From assembly GCA_973895155.1 (NCBI GenBank), contig OZ316895.1, positions 9,846,184 to 9,910,183 of the forward strand: DNA of 64,000 nucleotides. Direction: 5' to 3'. The position numbers were made by a program, and so were the translations under genes. The notes beneath the pieces were generated by a model. The model saw nothing but the letters and a program-made list of their open reading frames with translations. It was not told the origin of the DNA and made no database searches. Of this stretch, positions 13,611 through 24,418 are shown piece by piece. How positions within the stretch are numbered: the first letter of the stretch is position 1; the number at the start of each line of letters is the position of its first letter. Source of the stretch: Marsupella aquatica. Taxonomy: Eukaryota; Plantae; Marchantiophyta.

Positions 13611-13880
13611 AGCCAAATCCCTTGTCATCTAATGAATGATGCAAATGAATATATTAACAAGATTCACTATCTAATATCTATCAAAACCGTGGCCAAGGGA
13701 ATGGGCTTGGAAAAAATCAATGAAACAAAACACCATGTTGAGCTTGACTCTAATGTGACTTGTGAATGATTTGTGAGGTGGAATGACTAAGAGGTGTAGA
13801 ATAAGTGGGAGGCTTAGGCCCAAATGAATAACACTATTTTTACCATTGTTTTACTCATTTTTGCAGTGGAGGCAGGGCAC
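13611..13880 (+). pseudogene. Dispersed, decayed 25S/26S (28S-type) rRNA fragment
   Basis: AGCCAAATCCCTTGTCATCTAAT...GCCAAGGGAATGGGCTTGG...TGTTGAGCTTGACTCTA...GAGGTGTAGAATAAGTGGGAG is colinear with the conserved LSU segment TAGCCAAATGCCTCGTCATCTAA...GGGAACGGGCTTGG...GTTGAGCTTGACTCTA...GTGTAG(G/A)ATAAGTGGGAG. Many differences are C>T/G>A. Confidence 0.92.
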
Positions 13881-14883
13881 AGATTGACATAACTATAGTA
13901 GGGGGTGTCAATGTTAAGCCAAGGAAAACCCTAAACTCTAAATTTAGCGGTCCAGTCTTTAGTCCACCTAAGTTTTTGATAAGAAAGCCACATCAACTTA
14001 GAAAGGTACCCACAATAGCACTAGCAGATGGTTGGGATCCAAAATAATTTTTGCCAGTGTACCCCAAAATTCATGTAAAGGGAAGTCTTGCCTGTTTCCA
14101 CATCTGAATGGCTAAGATTACATCTTGACAATAAAAAATAAAAAATTGGCCTTCGAGTTCTTGTAAAGGCCCCCTGTGAGGCACCCACTCCCCAAAAATT
14201 CCCATGGAACCCACCAAAATGGTTCTCCAAGAAGGGAATTTGGAATCCTAATCTTGAACCCCAGACCATTTGCTGGTTAGGGGACAATCCCACCACTGGG
14301 CCATATAGCAACCTGATTACTAGGGTAGACCTCTCTGCAAAGGTAGGACTGTTTTAGTGCAATTTTGTTAAAATAAAAGCTAGAAACCTATCCGCAAACT
14401 TGCATAACTAGGCATGACCTTTTTTTAGTGAAAGGTTTGTGCATGCCTACCCAAAAACCCTAATATTTTCACCTATGTTCACCTTTCAAAGGACAGGTGC
14501 GCACATGCCCTACACAAAAGCTCAATATTTTCACCTGTCAAAGAACAGGGCATTTGCGCTGAACCATTTCTGTAGATTCCAGTGTTTACTTTGGAACCAA
14601 TGTAAGCACGGATAAGTCACTATTGTACACAAAAATTGAAAGTATATTTCTAAAATGGGCACCTTAAAGTGTTTTCCTAAGTTTCACAACAGGTACTTAA
14701 AGTCTTCTCTCGGGGACTTAAATTTCCAGAGTCCAGAAAGATAAATAAATCACCATTGTACACAAAATCTGTAAGAACATCTCTAAAAGTAGGCACTGTA
14801 AAGTTTTCCCCAAGCTTCACAGAAGGCACTCAAAAGCTTCTCTCGAGGACTCAAATTTGCAATAATAATTTATTCTTTGAGAA

Positions 14884-15665
14884 CTGTAATTTGAAGCTGC
14901 TATATGGTGAATCCAACTCTCATGTTTTGTCTTATTCATATTTGTGTATCATGAATTTTTATTTGAATGTACCTTAACAAGGGGCATCCTTTGTATCACA
15001 TAGACTTTTAATTCATTTTTGGACCCCTTTAAATTTTTGGTATTCTATAGTGTTTTGAATTTATTTTGGCAGCCCCCTTAATTCATTTTTGGACCCCTTT
15101 AAATTTTTGGTATTCTATAGTGTTTTGAATTTATTTTGGCAGCCCCCTTAATTCATTTTTGGACCCCTTTAAATTTTTGGTATTCTATAGTGTTTTGAAT
15201 TTATTTTGGCAGCCCCCTTAATTTGTAAACTTTGTTAAGTCCTAAAGAGAAACTAAGAGCTTCATTTTCTACCGCTTTTAAGTATACTCATGAGTGAAAG
15301 GAATGATTCTAAGAAATGTCAGCACATCTGTCTTAAGCTCCCCTTGTGGCTTTATTTCCTAAGTTTATGGTTTTTATTGAATAAGAGTCATTAATAAGAC
15401 ACACTGAAATACGTGCACAACTCGTAGGATCTTTGTGTAATAAAATTGTATTTTCCATTAGTCCCTATGTGCTTTTATTGCATGTGCTTTATTTATATTA
15501 TTTGATTTCATTGTGTACAACTTGTAGCAATTTTGTGTAATAAAATTGTACTTTCCATTGGTCACTATGTGTTTTTATTGCATGTACTTTATTTATATTT
15601 TTTGTCCACTTAATATCACTACAAGACAAAAAGTAAAGCATATGTTCCAGGATGAGCATGCTATA
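14884..15665 (+). mobile_element. Non-coding AT-rich insertion flanked by 43-bp direct repeats (copy 1)
   Basis: Direct repeat TCTCGAG(G/T)ACTCAAATTTGCAATAATAATTTATTCTTTGAGAA at 14841-14883 and 15666-15708. Both ends of the insert match 40324-40910 in reverse complement. Confidence 0.7.
15008..15222. repeat. 70-bp tandem repeat x3, near-identical
   Basis: TTAATTCATTTTTGGACCCCTTTAAATTTTTGG...GGCAGCCCCC units start at ~15008, 15078 and 15148. Confidence 0.95.
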
Positions 15666-16353
15666 TCTCGAGTACTCAAATTTGCAATAATAATTTATTC
15701 TTTGAGAAAACCCTAATATTTGTCACTAGGAAATAAGCACTCTAAAGCTTTCCCCAAGTTTCACAAAAGGCACTCGAAATCTTCTCTCGAGGACTCAAAT
15801 TTGCACGAATCATTTATTCTTTGCGCAAACCTAATTATTGTCACCACCGATATCGTGCGTTTTCTTTCATTGTTGTGCTTTCTTTCTCTTTCGCTCTCGC
15901 TCTCTCTGTCTCCGTCTCTTCACTCGCTCGGTCTTCGGGAGCGCTCGTTGATTCGGCAATTCGCCCTAATACGTCGGTTGGTCGACGCATTTCTGCCTCT
16001 CCCTGCTGCTCTGCTGCTGCTGCGTCGTGCGGACGAACGGACAACAGTAGCAGTTTGGTCAGGGAGAGCTCTCAGTTCGTCGCTCGGGAATTTGGCGTGG
16101 AGGAATGAGTGAGGCGGAGCATGAAGGGGTGGGGATGAAGTTGGAATGATATGTAGTTGGCATGTTTTTAGGGATTGCGTGCTCGTTACGATGATGAAGG
16201 TTGTCTTCGTTCGCCCGGCCGAGGTGGAGGAAAGGAGTAGCTAGGGCAGGGCATGGAGAGGTGGTTGCTGCAGGGGAAGGCGTGAGGAGCAGGAGGTGGA
16301 AGATATTGTCGCGGTCAGCCGAAGTCGGGGAGCATTGCCCTATATCAGCCACC

Positions 16354-18963
16354 ATGGGGACGTCCTTACCCCCTAAGGAGGCGAATCTTTTCAAAGTGAT
16401 CGTGAAGTCTTACGAGACCAAGCAGTATAAGAAAGGTCTGAAAGCCTCCGACAACATTTTGAAGAAGTTCCCAGACCATGGCGAAACGCTTGCCATGAAG
16501 GGGCTGACTTTGAACTGTCTGGATCGGAAAGTAGAGGCATATGAGCTCGTGCGGCGGGGACTGATGAATGACCTCAAGAGCCATGTCTGCTGGCATGTGC
16601 ATGGACTACTCTACCGTTCGGATCGAGAGTACCGACAGGCAATCCAGTGCTACAGAAATGCTCTGCGGAGTGACCCAGAGAACATCCAAATTCTGCGAGA
16701 CCTCTCGCTGCTACAGGCCCAGATGCGAGATTTGGCAGGGTTTGTGGAAACTCGTCGTCAACTCCTTACCCTAAAACCCAGCCACCGGAACAATTGGATT
16801 GCCTTTGCTATTGCCTATCACTGCAACCATGACCCCGCCATGGCCGTGCAAATTCTGGAGGCATACGAAGGCACTTTGGAGGATGATTATCCTCCCGAGA
16901 ATGAGCGTTACGAGCACAGTGAGATGCTTCTGTACAAGGTGACCCTTCTGGAGGAGTCTGGAGCTCCGGAGAAGGCTTTGACGGAGCTCGGCAGCAAGGA
17001 ACCAAAGATAGTCGATAGAGTAGGCCTCAAGGAGCAACGGGCATCTCTCCTTCTGAGTTTGAATCGTCTGGCCGAGGCAGAGGAGGTTTACAGGGATCTG
17101 TTGGACATGAATCCTGATAATTATGGGTATTACGAGGGCCTGCAGAAGTGCCTAGGATTGTCTGGCGGCAATGTGGGGAGTTACACAGATGATCAACTGG
17201 AGAAGTTAGTCAATATGTTCACGGAGTTACAGAAAAAGTATCCCAAATCTGCGGCTGCTAAACGCATTCCCTTGGATTTTCTGCAGGGAGCTCAGTTCCG
17301 AGAGGCAGCTAAAATTTACTTTAGGCCCTTTTTGTCAAAGGGAGTTCCGTCTCTGTTCTCTGATATTGTCCCATTATATGATCAGCCGGAAAAGGCAGAC
17401 ATTTTGGAGGGGGTTATCATAGAAATTGAGACCTCCTTGAAGGAAACAGGGGGTTTTCCCGGCAGCCCTGATTCGGAGTCCCCTGCCACGCTCATGTGGG
17501 TGCTTTCCCTCCTTGCTCAGCATTTCGATCGAAGGAGGGATTTCGAAAGAGCGCTGATGAAGATAGATGAGGCCATCGAACACACTCCAACTGCAATTGA
17601 TCTCTACATAGTGAAAGGGAAAATCCTGAAGCATGCAGGTGACCCAGTTTCAGCGGCTGCTCTGGCGGACGAGGCACGTTCTATGGACCTTGCCGACCGA
17701 TTTTTAAACAGTGAGTCCGTTAAGAGGATGCTCCAAGCGGACCAGGTGGAATTGGCTGAAAAAACGGCAGTCCTATTCACAAAGGACGGTGACCAACACA
17801 ATAATCTATTTGACATGCAATGTATGTGGTATGAGCTGGCATCAGGTGACAGCTACTGGAGAAAGGGGTTGATAGGGAAGGCTTTGAAGAATTATTTGGC
17901 AGTAGAGAAGCATTACACAGATATAGTTGAGGATCAGTTCGATTTCCATACGTACTGCTTACGGAAAATGACACTCCGTGCCTATATTCGCATGCTGAGG
18001 TTTCAAGATCAGCTCCATTCTCACAGGTTTTTTCGCCGGGCCGCTGCTGCCGCGATAAGGTGTTACTTGTCTCTGCACGATTCTCCTCCGAAGGCCTCGG
18101 AAGCGGAGGATGAAGAGACGGCCTTGGCCGGACTTCCACCGGCTGAACGGAAGAAATTGCGGCAGAAGCTTAGAAAAGTGGAGGCGAAGAAGAAGGCAGC
18201 AGAGAAAGCGAAGGAGGACGAGGCATTGGCTGCTGCCGCGTCCAAAACACAAAATAAGAAAGGTGCTCAACCGGCCAAGCAAGTTGATGATGACCCCGAC
18301 GGAGAAAAACTCATTCACATTTCCGATCCTCTAGATCAGGCCGGCAAATTCTCCAAGCTTCTCCAGGATCACTCTCCTGATGCTCTAGAAACCCATTCGC
18401 TTGCGTTCGAAATATATTTCCGAAAGAGAAAGATACTCTTAGCTTTCCGTGCTGTCAAGCGGCAGCTCAGACTAGCTCCTGAGGATCCAACCGTCCACCG
18501 CAATTTGATACTCTTCTTCAACATGGTGGACCATCTCCCTGCGGCGGGGACGCCTGCCGAGAAGCTCGTGCATAGCGTCATAGCGGTGGAAAGGGAGTCA
18601 CTCACAGTTCTAGGCAGCAAACCTCTGTTGGAGGTAAACAAAACCTTTTTGGAGTCCCACAAAGATTCTTTGCAGCACCGAGCAGCTGCTGCGGAAATTC
18701 TGTTCCTCCTATCGCCAGGATCAAAACCAGAGGCAATTAAAATTATAGAAGAGTCAGAGAATCCAGTAGTTCCGAGCGGGGGAGCCCTAGGAAAGGGCGT
18801 GGGCAGTTGGCAGCTGAAGGATTGTTTGGCCGTCGACAAGCTTCTATCACAAACGTTCAATGACACAGAAGGTGCAGGTCGATGGAGAACGAGGATTGCA
18901 GAGCTCTTCCCTTGCTCCACGCATTTCAAGGGCCCCAAGAGCGCTGGGGCCTCTGTCCAATAA
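16354..18963 (+). CDS. NAA15: N-terminal acetyltransferase A auxiliary subunit (NAA15/NAT1), 869 aa, single coding exon
   Basis: Starts MGTSLPPKEANLFKVIVKSYETKQYKKGLK; TPR region SHVCWHVHGLLYRSDREY; EDQFDFHTYCLRKMTLRAY; basic helix then VDDDPDGEKL. The true ATG is at 16354, not the ORF-track TTG at 16201. Confidence 0.97.
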   Translation: MGTSLPPKEANLFKVIVKSYETKQYKKGLKASDNILKKFPDHGETLAMKGLTLNCLDRKVEAYELVRRGLMNDLKSHVCWHVHGLLYRSDREYRQAIQCYRNALRSDPENIQILRDLSLLQAQMRDLAGFVETRRQLLTLKPSHRNNWIAFAIAYHCNHDPAMAVQILEAYEGTLEDDYPPENERYEHSEMLLYKVTLLEESGAPEKALTELGSKEPKIVDRVGLKEQRASLLLSLNRLAEAEEVYRDLLDMNPDNYGYYEGLQKCLGLSGGNVGSYTDDQLEKLVNMFTELQKKYPKSAAAKRIPLDFLQGAQFREAAKIYFRPFLSKGVPSLFSDIVPLYDQPEKADILEGVIIEIETSLKETGGFPGSPDSESPATLMWVLSLLAQHFDRRRDFERALMKIDEAIEHTPTAIDLYIVKGKILKHAGDPVSAAALADEARSMDLADRFLNSESVKRMLQADQVELAEKTAVLFTKDGDQHNNLFDMQCMWYELASGDSYWRKGLIGKALKNYLAVEKHYTDIVEDQFDFHTYCLRKMTLRAYIRMLRFQDQLHSHRFFRRAAAAAIRCYLSLHDSPPKASEAEDEETALAGLPPAERKKLRQKLRKVEAKKKAAEKAKEDEALAAAASKTQNKKGAQPAKQVDDDPDGEKLIHISDPLDQAGKFSKLLQDHSPDALETHSLAFEIYFRKRKILLAFRAVKRQLRLAPEDPTVHRNLILFFNMVDHLPAAGTPAEKLVHSVIAVERESLTVLGSKPLLEVNKTFLESHKDSLQHRAAAAEILFLLSPGSKPEAIKIIEESENPVVPSGGALGKGVGSWQLKDCLAVDKLLSQTFNDTEGAGRWRTRIAELFPCSTHFKGPKSAGASVQ

Positions 18964-20809
18964 TCAAGTAGGTCTGGATTTAGTGTTAGCTAGCTACAAT
19001 TCGAATTCAGGTTCCTTACAACAGTGTCCTCGGGGTCGTGTTGCCCGAAGGCGGTCAGTAGCAGCACCCACGGTCTGTGCAGCAAGGTTAGTTTTAGCTG
19101 AAGTTTGGACTCATTTTCCTCCTCTCCGGCAGTGATAAACCTGCAGATCACCCTCGACACATTGTCCGAGTGACATTGCAGATATTGCTCGCCTGCATGA
19201 CAATGCAGTGCAGCTCTGAACCACGTTGTACCGAAGCTATTCACTTTTGGGAGGGGCTAGCCCTCCTGTTCTAGCTTGGGTCTCAGCTCCAGAGCCTTCT
19301 GTCTACTTTACGAGGTGATGGACTTGTGGTTTCCGGCAACAGCGTGTCGAGTGCCCGAAGATGAAGAAATGATTGCAAGGGCGACGACTGTTGAGGGCTG
19401 GTCTTAGGGTGGGTTCAAACTGACTGTGCTTCCCACTTCGTCAGCTGGGTTGACGATTAGGAGAATTGCAAGTGTAATTACAGTGGAAACTGACATTCTG
19501 TGCGAATTTTCCGGAGCAAGATTCCCTTGCGTCCGTGTGAGTAAAGAGTGTAATCTGTGCTGCGAAATTTGTCTTAGCTTCTCTTTCTAGATAGGTGCAT
19601 TCAACTGGTCTCCCGAGCGTGGGCTTCTTCGAGCTCTCATTTGGTGTATCAGGTACGTCTTTCCCAGTCACCACGGTGAGGTAGAGGCTCCTTCATATTC
19701 TCGACAGGACCGGTGCTAAACTAATCTTCTGGAAACGAACACACGGAGTTTCGGAGTTGTCACTAGTTTTGTGTAGATTTTCTCAGATTACTGCTACAAT
19801 TCGGGGTTTTGCATTTGAGAAGGCTGCAGCCGAGAAATTACTTTTTCAGGGATGGCGGGATTGACTTTGGCGCTGGGCTGTTTCGTATGTGTTGAACTTG
19901 CTGTAGTTTTGCAATGGTGGTAACTTTTCAGATATGAATTGTTAGCTCTTTCTCATTAAAATCCAAGGTTCCCTGGTCCCTAATTATTTCTCATGTGGAT
20001 GAAACTGGCCAGAGGTTCGATTGAGTGGCAGATGAATGTAGCATGAGTTGGTGTCCTTGGTTCAAAGGCTATCAACAGCCTTATGGATATCATACGCCAT
20101 TTTCTGCGAACTGTCCCTCCATAGCCCTCTTCAGTATCTATGTGCGGTCTCTGGGTAATAGTATTACATGGGAACCACCTGACGCATTTTGACGAGCAGA
20201 AATGGCTAGATTAACTTTGAACGCATACTTTCTCCTATTCTATTGTGAGCTCTCTATACTATGTTAAGAGTCTTTGCTCAAAACTGTCAAAACTCTAGCA
20301 AAGTGACTCTAAAACTTGAAATGATCTCAAATACGATGGGCTGGACATTCTGAAATGAGGTAGAAAGTATGTGCAGAAAGGCAGGAATGCCAGGTTCTCT
20401 CCGCTTCCTGGATATTTAGTGCAGGGTCGGTGGAATTCGGAGGATTTCCACCGAATCCAATGGTCTCTGACGACGGGGAAAGAGCGAAGGAAACCGTGTT
20501 CCATGTGGGATTATGCTCAAAATACGATTTACCAACTAGGTGGACGTGGAGGGTCTGGATATGACTTGTTGAATCTTGTCAGGCCTTTTCGTCTCTCGCA
20601 TTGCATTAATGGAATTGGACTAAATCCAACTTTGTTATGATGACAATGTTATTTTATCTAGGTCGGACCTACCAGTAAAGTTGTCCTGTCAATCAGACAG
20701 AGGTGGTCTTGGATTAACTTCACAAATCCAAGACGTGGAACGGATGGCAGAAACCTTACTCTGGCAGACTCTGTAAGGCCCAAATCAGATCTCATGCACT
20801 TGCCACCTG

Positions 20810-21500
20810 TATCTCAAATCTGGAATAGCTTGCCTGCAGTCCTCGTCCTAGCAGTTTTCTCATCGTCTCCTCGCACTGCAGCCTAGTCATGTTGGTACGG
20901 CTCGTCGTTCGTTGAGTTTTAGGCTGTTCAAAAGGCTTCTGGAACAATTCATCCTTGGTTACAGTAGTCGTACAGATTCTTCAGGCATTGATTGGTATTG
21001 ACACACAATCTGGATCAATGTTTCCATCCTTACAAATGACTTTCGTAACTGCTAACAATCATATAGAACGGAAAGGAGCGAACTCTTAATGACTGTTGAC
21101 TAGAACAAGCCAAATCCTGAGGCGTTGACAATGAGAAAAGACAGCTCCTTGTCGATTGTGTTTGAATCTTGAATCACACAGTGATATGGAAATGAACTCG
21201 TCACCTGACTGAAATGTGACGACAGAAGGCTGGTGCATCTGTGGAGTTAGTGTTGGACTGTTTTGTTGTATGCCTACACTGTCCCACACAACTACAGCTC
21301 TCCTAGGAATGTGCACAATCGCCGTAGAAAAGTGTTTGCCCTGACCGCTCTTTTCTTGCGGATGGATTTGCCACAACCCACGAAGGGAATCAGTGCTTCA
21401 CAGGACTTGCTGGTTGTAGAGATGGCCTTCCCAATCTATAATGAGGATGAGGGCGAATCTATCATACTCGTGGAATTCAACTCTTATACTTAGGGCCGTC
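20810..21500 (+). pseudogene. Possible decayed F-box gene
   Basis: SQIWNSLPAVLVLAVF, then frameshifted ...GCSKGFWN (F-box-like), then ICGVSVGLFCC (like the F-box-associated CGSxxGLLC motif). Multiple stops and frameshifts. Confidence 0.3.
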
Positions 21501-23450
21501 ACAGTACAGATATTCCGAGGCAGAGTAGATTGTAAGTGCCCTTTGGTTTGTCGACCAGTTTTTCGGTAAGCAAATAGAGATTCTCAGTTCAATTGGTCGT
21601 GCGCAATCAGGTGTTCGACTTTTCACCATCTATTGTTGTGGAGATTGAGCTCATAATTCTATAAAGTGTATATAGATTAGTAGACAATGAACGTTTCTTG
21701 ATCGGCGTACCTGAAGATTGGTAATGTACCAAGGTGAACGAGCTCCTGGAGGTCATGACGAATGAGAGAAAACATCATGGGTTGCACAGCGATGGGAATG
21801 TAGAAACGGGAAAGTTCAATGGAGAGGAGACAGATCAAATCGTGCTATCAGTGGATGAGGCAGATCATGGAAAGAACGAGCTGACCTCGTTAAGTGATCA
21901 TGGTAGTGAAAAACGAGTGGGTGTAGATTCTAAAGTGCCAGAGGATATTGATCAGCACAAGACGATTGTATGTAGCAGCAACAGCCCCAGTAGGTTTAAA
22001 CAGTGGTGAGATCAGAACTTCAAGTATCTGCATCAAACAAGTTACTTCTGGGCAGTAAGCTTGTGTATGACGTGGCCCGTTAGTGGAACTTCTGTCTAAC
22101 GGTTCTCTTTTGGATGCCGAGTGATCCAAATGCTGTTGAGATTGGGTTAAATACGACTCGTCCATTGAACATGGCTCTTGCTAATGGCTCCAAAAATAAC
22201 TGATCTTCAAGGGGCATCGTTCACGGATTCCAATTAGGTTTGCCACACTGACAGGTAAAATGACATATTTTTCGGACATGTACAGTTTCGAACGTTGTTA
22301 ACTTGAAAACACTTGAGAAAACGTAACCTGTTTGACCGCGATTTTTAGTGAACACATTACGTTATTGATTGGTACAAGAGTATGAAAAGTAAGTTGTCGA
22401 TTACGTAGCTTATGGAGTGATATTGAATTCAATCATTTCCATGAAGGTATCGGAGAGAACCTTAGCAATTTGGCTTTTGTGCGCGAAGCCCAGTTTTCCA
22501 TTATTTCAAAGTCAATTATATCAATTAAGGTATTTACACATAATATAGGACAGAACCGCAGCAATTTCTCTTCTCTGAGAAAAGCATTGTTTCAAACGTA
22601 ACTGAATTTTGATAGTAACACTACTGAGCAGTTTTGTGAAAAATTCTTTTAGCTTATTATGTACAAGTTCATTCATGCCATCAGCATTTTGTGGATTGAC
22701 AGTTTAGCTTGTCGTACAAGTTCATGCCATCCACCAGACTTCTTCAAAGCAAAGTGACTTGGGTACTGGACATTAATGATCAATAACAGCCAACAAGATG
22801 TTAACAAAGGTTACGAGCTGGAAGATTTAATCCCAAATTCAAAAATTACACAACACTCATTGGAGCTAACTGTAGGATGGCAAACGTAGGACTGAGATGT
22901 CTGAACTATCATACGTGTCTTTTAAACAGTCGGTTGACATCAACCCACAGCTTTCAAGTAACAATTGAAGATGTATGAAACGTTTTATTTGCTATCTCAC
23001 AGCAAACTATAGGAGACTTTTATTATATCGACATAAGAACAGCTGTGAACATTGATGCCAACCCTCCACGAAACACTCGACCGTCTCCTGTACAATCATG
23101 ATGGAATCAAGTGTGCTTTCATAACTACGCAGATCAGGCTACAACAATGCCACTATTACTCACGCCAGAAAGTAATATATCGAAGCTGAACCCACAAAAA
23201 AGAAGGCGTCCCAGAAAGATGTTTTGCTGATTTCTGGTGATTTTCCCTACACAGAGATAAAACATTTCGAAAACAATCTCCAGCGCGCAAGGAGAGTGAA
23301 GTTCAATTGCAACATAGTGACTTCCTTCATGCTAAGCACTTCTGATGACAATCCATGGTAGCAAGCCGTTGTGTAGCTGCCAAACTGCGGTCGACTGATC
23401 AAGATACCGTACCAACTGAACGTCCCCTGGGGTGAATCGATAGTACACGT

Positions 23451-24418
23451 TCAGGCGACGCCCTTGGTGCTGTCCCCGGTGCTGTCCTGCTCCGTGCATT
23501 TGCAAGGATTACAGGTACAGTTGGCACCACACTTGCAGGCCGCTGAGTGGGCCGCTGAGGCGACCTGTCCGGTCGAGGATCCTCCAGACGCTTCTTTCTT
23601 GGTAGTGCACCTGTTGCAGAAATGAACAACACCCAGGTAAAACAGTCAACCCATTTACAGCTCAACTGAAATTTAAGAGAAGGAGATCGAGCAACGCGCA
23701 ATGGTTGGACAACTCGAGAAAAACGGTGACAAGTACTGATACTAAAGATCAACCGGAGCTGCGAGAGTTCTCGAGTTCGTACATTCGGTTTCGATTCGGA
23801 GCCGGACGGGACACATAACAACCACTAAGTAACTACGTACTGCGCACGAAGTGAAGACTCTGTAGCTAAGAGCAGATCACTTTCCCATTGAATACTGCCA
23901 ACTGCTTCTATTACAAGTAGATCTAACATGTTCTTCATCATCTATGGAGCTTCCACTAAGTTCGTGCTTCGAACATACATGCGAAGTTAGTAAAGAAAAA
24001 GTCCCACGGTTCTACTTAATTTGAAGGTTCTCTTGCTCAAATGTTTTCCGACGTTCACGAACGCGTCAAGAAGTACGTAAGGAGTTTACATGTGTATAAA
24101 GCTTCAACACTACGTATATGGCTTGCCTTTGCGCACTGCAGTCAGTTGTTCTTCATCTCTATCTCTCTGGTCCCACCTCTCTATGAGGGAGAACCTTCTG
24201 ATTACAATACTTTCCTGCCCGACAGAGATACACTTCTAAGGACCTCTCCCCAAGTCATAAACCTCGGTGAGGACTTAAACCCGGTAATGCCAAACGAAAT
24301 CGAAGATGCAGAGGCCTGAGGGTAAAGAGGGGACGTACTCGCAACTCTCTCCGCAGGTGCAAGGGTTGGCGCAGCATGAGGCGCCACAGCACTTCTGATT
24401 ATCTCCGCAACCCGACAT
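23451..24418 (-). CDS. Metallothionein, 79 aa, coding exons 24418-24339 and 23610-23451; 5'UTR intron ~24960-24436
   Basis: Spliced product MSGCGDNQKCCGASCCANPCTCGESCECTTKKEASGGSSTGQVASAAHSAACKCGANCTCNPCKCTEQDSTGDSTKGVA. The donor GA|GTACGT and acceptor ctgcaacAG|G are phase-compatible. The C-terminal CKCGxNCTCNPCKC is the plant MT signature. Confidence 0.93.

Noticed and set aside
15008-15222. Regular repeats as a CRISPR-like array (also 47145-47230)
   Set aside because: Head-to-tail units with no unique spacers, in a eukaryotic context with no cas genes.
16201-16353. 51-aa N-terminal extension of NAA15 in the ORF track
   Set aside because: It begins at TTG; the conserved eukaryotic start is MGTSLPPKE at 16354.
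16366-18938. Antisense and alternate-frame ORFs over NAA15 (up to 189 aa)
   Set aside because: Shadows of a long coding sequence; no independent motifs.
23399-23821. 140-aa minus-strand ORF
   Set aside because: Wrong frame over the metallothionein last exon and intron.
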